A stretch of 64,000 nt of DNA, taken from the NCBI GenBank assembly GCA_032718475.1, contig JAUCBJ010006806.1:6047-70046 (forward strand), read 5' to 3'. The stretch's first letter is position 1; each line of letters starts with the position of its first letter. Of the stretch, positions 1-64,000 are shown piece by piece. A program made the position numbers and the translations under genes. The stretch comes from Nemertoderma westbladi. Taxonomy: Eukaryota > Animalia > Xenacoelomorpha. The notes under the pieces were generated by a model, which had not been told where the DNA came from, searched no databases, and was given only the letters and a program-made list of their open reading frames with translations.

Positions 1-43
1 TGATTAGTGTTATCCCATACGGTACTATTAATATCAACAACGT

Positions 44-1651
44 CTACTGTACCATTATTATTATTACCCCCCCCCCGCCCATACGGTTACACCAGTTTTG
101 GGTCTGTCGTGCGGTCCCTGTCAGTGGGGTGTTAATGAACGTGTCTACGGCTCCTGGCTCCTCAAAAATACTCGAGCCGGCCCCGCTTTCAGACGGCAAC
201 ACTCGGACCAATTCCAGATCGTGCGCCCGTCTAATCTTATTTTTTGCCGATACACCTTGGCGTTTCTCTAATTCCCTTAACTCTCGCTCAGCCTTTGCCC
301 CTCTCTCCTCACTCTCCTGGCTGTCCCGTCTGGCCGACTCTACTACACTCCTAGCGCTCTCCCTTCGTCTCGCCTCACGTTCTTTGCGTTCCTTTTCCCT
401 TCTTGCCTCATATTCCTTGCGTTCCTTTTCCCTTCTTGCCTCACGTTCCTCGCGTTCCTCGTCCCTTTTTGCCTCACGTTCCTCGCGTTCCTCGTCCTCC
501 CTTGCCTCACGCTCTCTGCGTTCCCTTTCCTCCCTAGCCTCACGCTCTCTACACTCCTTTTCCTCTATTTCGTCACTCTCCCTAAGGCTCCTCAAAGCCC
601 TTTCGACCCTCTCACCGTTCTCTTTAATCAATGCCGCTTCCCTCGCTAACCGCGCTCTCCCCTCCTCTAGCCGTTCCTCCATTTCCTTCTGACCTTGCTC
701 TGCCACGTCGAGGCGGTATGCGGCACCTATCTCTCTCACCACTCTTTCTTTCGCGGAGGATGTAACAGACTTATCGGTTACGACGGACTTCCCCCGCCTT
801 CCCGACCTACTAACTTTCCCCGGCCTCCCGGAGCTTTCTCCGACCGACGAGGCCGAATCCTCGGGGTTAACCTCGGATTCGCCCCCTTCGAGTCCCCTCC
901 AACCCACTGGTTTTACTCCCCGGGCATCGACCAAGTATGGCCCTATGTACACTGGCGCTACACTAGGTTCCATACTCCCACACTCCCATAGTTCAAACAA
1001 TTCGCCGGCTATCCTTTCTGCTCTCTCCCCGGCCAGTTCTCTCTGCCCAAAACGTATTAGGTAATTTAAGTGTCTATCCGACTCACCTAGTCGCTTTCTC
1101 AGTCTCACCTCGTCTACCTTCGCCCCTTCCTTCTTGGCGTCGTTTATCAGCTTCCGGGTCGCGTTGTAGGCCCGTCGAAGTCGCTCAGAAACCCCGACGT
1201 CCTCGTCGCCGACCTCTCCTCCGTCCCTCCGGGTTCGACGTCGTACCGGCGGCTCCACCGTCGCCGTTCCGGTGGGCCGTCCGTCGCCCTCGGCCTGTAG
1301 CTGGCCGGCGACATCGGTACCGATCTCTCCTCCGTCTCTTCGCGTCCGGCGTCGCACTGTCGGCCCCACCGTCGCCGTTTCGGTGGGCCGCTCGTCGCCC
1401 TCGGCCGGTAGCTGGCCGGCGACATCGGCGCGCCGTTCTCCCTCTCGTGTCGACTCGTCTCCATCTCCCTCCATCTCGCTCTCTTTCTCTCTTGGCTCGA
1501 CTTCGGGTTCCAGGCCCTCCTCGTCCTGGACTTCCGGTTCGCCCGTTATCGATGGCTCCGGCGTCGTGGGCCTGTATCGCTTGGTCGCGGCCTCGCGGAT
1601 CGTTTGATCTTCGTCCGGGGTCCGCGTCGGTGTCTCGCCCGATTCACTCAT
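44..1651 (-). CDS. 535-aa Glu/Arg-rich coiled-coil ORF, probably a retroelement gag/ORF1 (3' end apparently truncated)
   Basis: Long intronless GC-rich ORF with an E/R coiled coil and an internal 111-bp (37-aa) duplication. It lies just downstream (minus strand) of a putative LTR and runs out into a poly-C/AT-rich flank. No recognisable enzymatic motif. Confidence 0.5.
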   Translation of the reverse strand: MSESGETPTRTPDEDQTIREAATKRYRPTTPEPSITGEPEVQDEEGLEPEVEPREKESEMEGDGDESTREGERRADVAGQLPAEGDERPTETATVGPTVRRRTRRDGGEIGTDVAGQLQAEGDGRPTGTATVEPPVRRRTRRDGGEVGDEDVGVSERLRRAYNATRKLINDAKKEGAKVDEVRLRKRLGESDRHLNYLIRFGQRELAGERAERIAGELFELWECGSMEPSVAPVYIGPYLVDARGVKPVGWRGLEGGESEVNPEDSASSVGESSGRPGKVSRSGRRGKSVVTDKSVTSSAKERVVREIGAAYRLDVAEQGQKEMEERLEEGRARLAREAALIKENGERVERALRSLRESDEIEEKECREREAREERERREREAREDEEREEREAKRDEEREEREARREKERKEYEARREKERKEREARRRESARSVVESARRDSQESEERGAKAERELRELEKRQGVSAKNKIRRAHDLELVRVLPSESGAGSSIFEEPGAVDTFINTPLTGTARQTQNWCNRMGGGGVIIIMVQ

Positions 1652-1797
1652 CTCGTCTGCTCAGTGGAGTTCGACTAGCAAGCAGTGTAGTTCTCAGAGT
1701 TTAACTGGGGCGGCAGCTCGGATTTAGTTACTGTGACGGGATCCAGGAGGGATCCCGATTTATCCGATGTGGTAATTTAGTCCACGCGTCCCCGCCG

Positions 1798-2042
1798 TGT
1801 ATAAGGGTGAAATAAAGTAACTGAGTTCTGAAGTTCGGTGTATAATAATAATAGGGCATAGGATATAGATATAGATATAATGTGTACAAGGCGGGATACG
1901 GTAACTAAAGTCCCGTGATCCCCTAACTAAACTAATTGACTGTACCCTACGCTAGCACTGCTGCACTGAGATAACTGAATCACTGATTAATAGGTTATTG
2001 GTTATATTGCACGGTGGCCTTACTGCTACTCAATCGATGCCA
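1798..2042 (-). mobile_element. Putative LTR (TG...CA, ~245 bp) with a polypurine tract on one side and the gag-like ORF on the other
   Basis: Plus strand tgtataagg...gatgcca. Minus-strand AGAGGGGGGAA (2043-2053) directly precedes its TG start. No second LTR is in the window to confirm. Confidence 0.4.
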
Positions 2043-2796
2043 TTCCCCCCTCTGATTGGTTAATACCCTTGTTGGCGCCCCGTGGAGTATTCCCGTTCAC
2101 TCCACCTGTTTCCTCTGGGTTAGGGGTTTGGCCCCTGACCCTCTATTGTGTGGTTCTCCTTCCCATTCTCATTGGGATGGCACGAGTTGGTTAATTGCCC
2201 AATCTCGTGGCTCCCAATATTGCTTATCGGCTTACAACTTTATGGGGTGTTGGCGGGATTGAATAAGCTAACATGGTTAGAAAACTCGGCCTTAACCTGC
2301 TCCTTTCCATCAATTGGTAATTGTTTTTGGCTATAAAATGAGTGTTTTGCCACGTCATGTGGTAATCGATTATCGACAACAACCACAAACTATTAAATAT
2401 AGAGTCTTTTTACCACAGGCGCATATGGAAATCTATCTCATAGTCTATAAATCATGGAATCATATGGAATTCACAAGCATAGTGAAATCAACTGTCTGAC
2501 AGTCCAGAAATCAGCAGTCTGACAGTTTGAAGAAATACATACATAAAAAGTCATTAAAAGGACAATAAAAGTCATTAAAAGGACAACAAAATTCATTATG
2601 CATAATTAGTAAAAAAAAATGACAAAAAAAATGTCAAATAGAAGTCAAATAAAAGGACATAAAAAATCACTGCCATGCCAAAGTGCCTTTGGGGAACTTT
2701 TCGTGTGACTTAGCCACACGTTGCAGTACCGGTACCAGTCTGCCAGTAAGTAAGAGTATGCCTATGGTTACCAGTTTAACAGTTCACAGTTAGTCA

Positions 2797-2897
2797 GACA
2801 ATCTGACAGTCAGTCTGTCAGTTGCCAGAACTGCCTGACTGCAGTTCTGACAATCTGACAGTTAGTCTGTCAGTTGCCAGAACTGCCTGACTGCAGT
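2797..2897. repeat. Two-copy ~52-bp tandem duplication upstream of the kinesin ATG
   Basis: gacaatctgacagt(c/t)agtctgtcagttgccagaactgcctgactgcagt at 2797 and 2849. Confidence 0.8.
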
Positions 2898-3034
2898 AGG
2901 CAGGCAGCCAGGCAGGTACCGGTACCGGTAGGCTTAATATACTAACGACAACGTCGCATTTAAACCAGAAAAATAGGTACCAAAACTTGTAGGCCTAAAT
3001 GTGTTAGCCTATCGTCCAGCCGGTGGTATCTACG

Positions 3035-61301
<58,267 letters not shown>

Positions 61302-61315
<14 letters not shown>

Positions 61316-61785
61316 GTAGATTAGTCCCCATTACTTAATCTAGTATGGAGGAATTCCAGGTAGAGTAGTCACCATTACTTAATCTAGTATGGAGGAATTC
61401 CAGGTAGAGTAGTCCCCATTACTTAATCTAGTATGGAGGAATTCCAGGTAGAGTAGTCACCATTACTTAATCTAGTATGGAGGAATTCCAGGTAGAGTAG
61501 TCCCCATTACTTAATCTAGTATGGAGGAATTCCAGGTAGAGTAGTCCCCATTACTTAATCTAGTATGGAGGAATTCCAGGTAGAGTAGTCCCCATTACTT
61601 AATCTAGTATGGAGGAATTCCAGGTAGAGTAGTCCCCATTACTTAATCTAGTATGGAGGAATTCCAGGTAGAGTAGTCCCCATTACTTAATCTAGTATGG
61701 AGGAATTCCAGGTAGATTAGTCCCCATTACTTAATCTAGTATGGAGGAATTCCAGGTAGATTAGTCCCCATTACTTAATCTAGTA
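61302..61785 (+). repeat. 44-bp satellite made of the exon-11 3' end plus splice donor, 11 copies
   Basis: Unit tggaggaattccag|gtaga(t/g)tagtccccattacttaatctagta; 484 bp = 11 x 44; the first copy encodes (V)EEFQ of exon 11. Confidence 0.97.
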
Positions 61786-61844
61786 CAGTGAAGTGAAGAA
61801 TAGTGAACATTATTCTCTTCTATAGTAGTGAACATTATCTAGAA

Positions 61845-62130
61845 TACTACTACTGCTACTACTAGGTCGAGCGAACTCGGACAGTAGAAATGAGAAGCCG
61901 GCAAGCCTTCTAGGCTTCCCGATTCTCCATTGTTGTCGCAATTTCGTTTCTCCCAAGTTCAGTATCCCTTTCAAGTTGATCTATATATGTTATGGCCGGT
62001 CGTCCACGGGTACGCTTTCCTTGTGTTGGTTGCGAGAGAAATAGATCTGGTATCACCTCGTCTTTACTTCGCCAGCAGTGCCCACTGAATCTTAATCTGC
62101 GTTCACGGAGGGTGGTTGATACCGGTGGCA
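61845..62130 (-). mobile_element. Short 3' fragment of a second RTE family
   Basis: RERRLRFSGHCWRS..GKRTRGRPAITYIDQLERDT C-terminal RTE motif with a (TAG)n tail. Confidence 0.8.
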
Positions 62131-63042
62131 TTGTTCCCTGTGATTGTATTATTATGTATTGTATTGTGTTGGCATTGTACTTCAGGTGCCTGAAGATATC
62201 TGATAGTAGTAGGGGTTTGATCCTCTTTGTGACACTTAGACCCCACTCATGACTCATCGCTTAGGAATGTGACACCTAGGGTGTCATTGGCACCAGACAG
62301 TCTGGTGACACCTCCCAATTAGGCTAATCAGACCCTAATTAACGCTGAGATGTCATCAATTAATTAGTACATTTAATCCCTAATAGGTGTCTTACGACTC
62401 CTAATTAGGGTTTAATTGATTATCCTAATTAATCAGACCGATTAGCACCCTAACACCCAATGGTCAACGCGGTTGTCTAACCATAACAAAGCCGACCAAA
62501 CGGGTGTCATAAGTGACACCTCAGCTCTTTTATTTATTAATACTTATTTATTTGTATTTAATTTTAATTAATTATTTGTATTTAATTTTAAATTAATTAA
62601 TTGATTTCTATTTTTAGATTTACCAATAAATAGTTTTATATATTACTTTCTAAATGATGTCTTTGTTGACACCGCATTGCTATATTTAGCCCTAGGGTAT
62701 ACAACTCCCTTACTGGAACTAATTTCTATTATCTATATAAACAAGCGCCCCGCCCCCTCATCCAACAGACTCTACTAATCCTATACTAATTAGCACAGGG
62801 TCCTCTATTGTATCGAATGAGTGCCGGTTTCTTTGCGAGGAGTTCCTGACGGACTTCCTCATTGTGGAGAGCACATACGATCAGTGTTGCGAACCAATCA
62901 TCAGCTGTCATTGTACGCAGCTCCACAGTGAAAAGTGCGCAAGCGTATCGCAAGCGTGCAACGCAGGCGTATCTGATGTGAATCCCAAGCGTTATGGCCG
63001 GTTACGCAAGCGACCTACTTGAGTTATGTCGCATAAATATCG

Positions 63043-63957
63043 CTACTACAACTAGGATCGGCATGCTGCATTGCAGCTGTATTGTATGTAAGAGATTTGG
63101 TGTTCTCAGCAGTTAGAGCCCAGCATGGACTCCCGTAGAGGAGTACTGGAACTACTGCTGCTTTAAATAATCGGACCTTAAGTTTCCGATTAATTATCGG
63201 TGACGTCCAAATACTGGAAAGCATATACAAGGCTGCCCATGCCTTTCCCTTACGTATTCGAAGGTCCTCACCTGACTTCCGGATCCATGATCCCAGGTAA
63301 CAGAAGTCGTCCACATGCGCAAGCATACCATCCTTTGAGCTTATGCTCATCCGGTCAGAGACTTGCTGAGGACTTTCAAAGTTAACTGTCAAAATTGCGG
63401 TCTTTCTGGAGTTAATAAAAAGACCAACACTAGAAGCAGCATGTTCTAATGAGCTGAGGAGCCGTTGGGCTCCCTCTAATGATTCTGAGAGTACTCCTAA
63501 GTCATCAGCAAAGTGTAGATCAGTTAGGTACTTGGCAGGATTTCCTCGACTTCTGGAGCCAGTAGGTGGAGTTATCATCACCCCATCATCATTATGATGA
63601 TCTAAGGACATGCGTAGAACATAGGCAACAACAATTATATCCAAGAATGATGCAAGTGTGTCTCCTTGGAGGACGCCCCATAACACTTCAAATGGTTCTG
63701 TGTCACCGTCAACAGTAGACACAAATGTTGTCGAACCATCGTATACTGATCTTATTGCTGCAATAATTTCATCAGGAATCCCATATAATGAAAGTATGCT
63801 GAACATACGTGAGCGAGAGACTGAATCAAAAGCCTTGAAGGAGTCAACAAAGATAACAGCCAGATGCCTGTCTTTCTTTTTTGATAACTCTTCAATTATC
63901 CTTCTAAGTGCCAAAATGGGCTCCAAGGTCCCACGACCTTTACGGAACCCATAGGGT
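63043..63957 (-). mobile_element. RTE copy with an internal deletion (same family as 12524-13697)
   Basis: GFRKGRGT, IFVDSFKAFDS, GVLQGDTL, HFADD; the RT C-terminal ~350 bp is replaced by a short filler near 63080-63090, joining the RT region to the 3' tail. Confidence 0.88.
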
Positions 63958-64000
63958 ATCATATATAACCGTTATAACAAAACACGTTTCGCTCTCAGTA

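Noticed and set aside
129-1704. Overlapping plus-strand Ser/Arg-rich ORFs
   Set aside because: They are antisense shadows of the GC-rich, low-complexity 535-aa ORF.
61316-61324. TAG at 61322-61324 as the true kinesin stop
   Set aside because: KIF2-family proteins continue with a C-terminal coiled coil after this region, and CAG|GTAGAT is a plausible donor. I found no further exon in the window, so the gene is treated as 3'-partial; RNA data are needed to settle it.

Overview
This is AT-rich eukaryotic (most likely invertebrate animal) genomic DNA. One + strand kinesin-13 gene (KIF2A/KIF2C-MCAK family) spans almost the whole window. I reconstructed 11 phase-consistent GT-AG coding exons (3035-61315, 632 codons); the C-terminal tail probably lies beyond the window. 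The most striking feature is that three separate 5' splice donors of this gene have each been amplified into a tandem satellite whose unit is the exon's 3' end plus the donor: 46 bp x ~400 after exon 4, 40 bp x ~230 after exon 8, and 44 bp x 11 after exon 11. This creates hundreds of decoy donors and turns a ~121-bp intron into a 23.4-kb one. In each case an in-frame stop follows the first (true) donor within 2-4 codons. The 46-bp array contains kb-scale higher-order duplications and a young Ty1/Copia (GalEa-type) element with 210-bp LTRs that look identical, a GATAG target-site duplication (TSD) and one in-frame stop. The other introns hold nested DNA transposons/MITEs (foldback P-like, MULE-, Sola-, piggyBac- and hAT-like), 5'-truncated RTE LINEs, two unrelated satellites (28 bp and 67 bp), and a Penelope-like inverted repeat with a minimal hammerhead motif. 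The left end has a probable LTR retroelement gag-like ORF. All calls come from reading the sequence by eye; no searches were run, and copy numbers are estimates from span divided by unit length.
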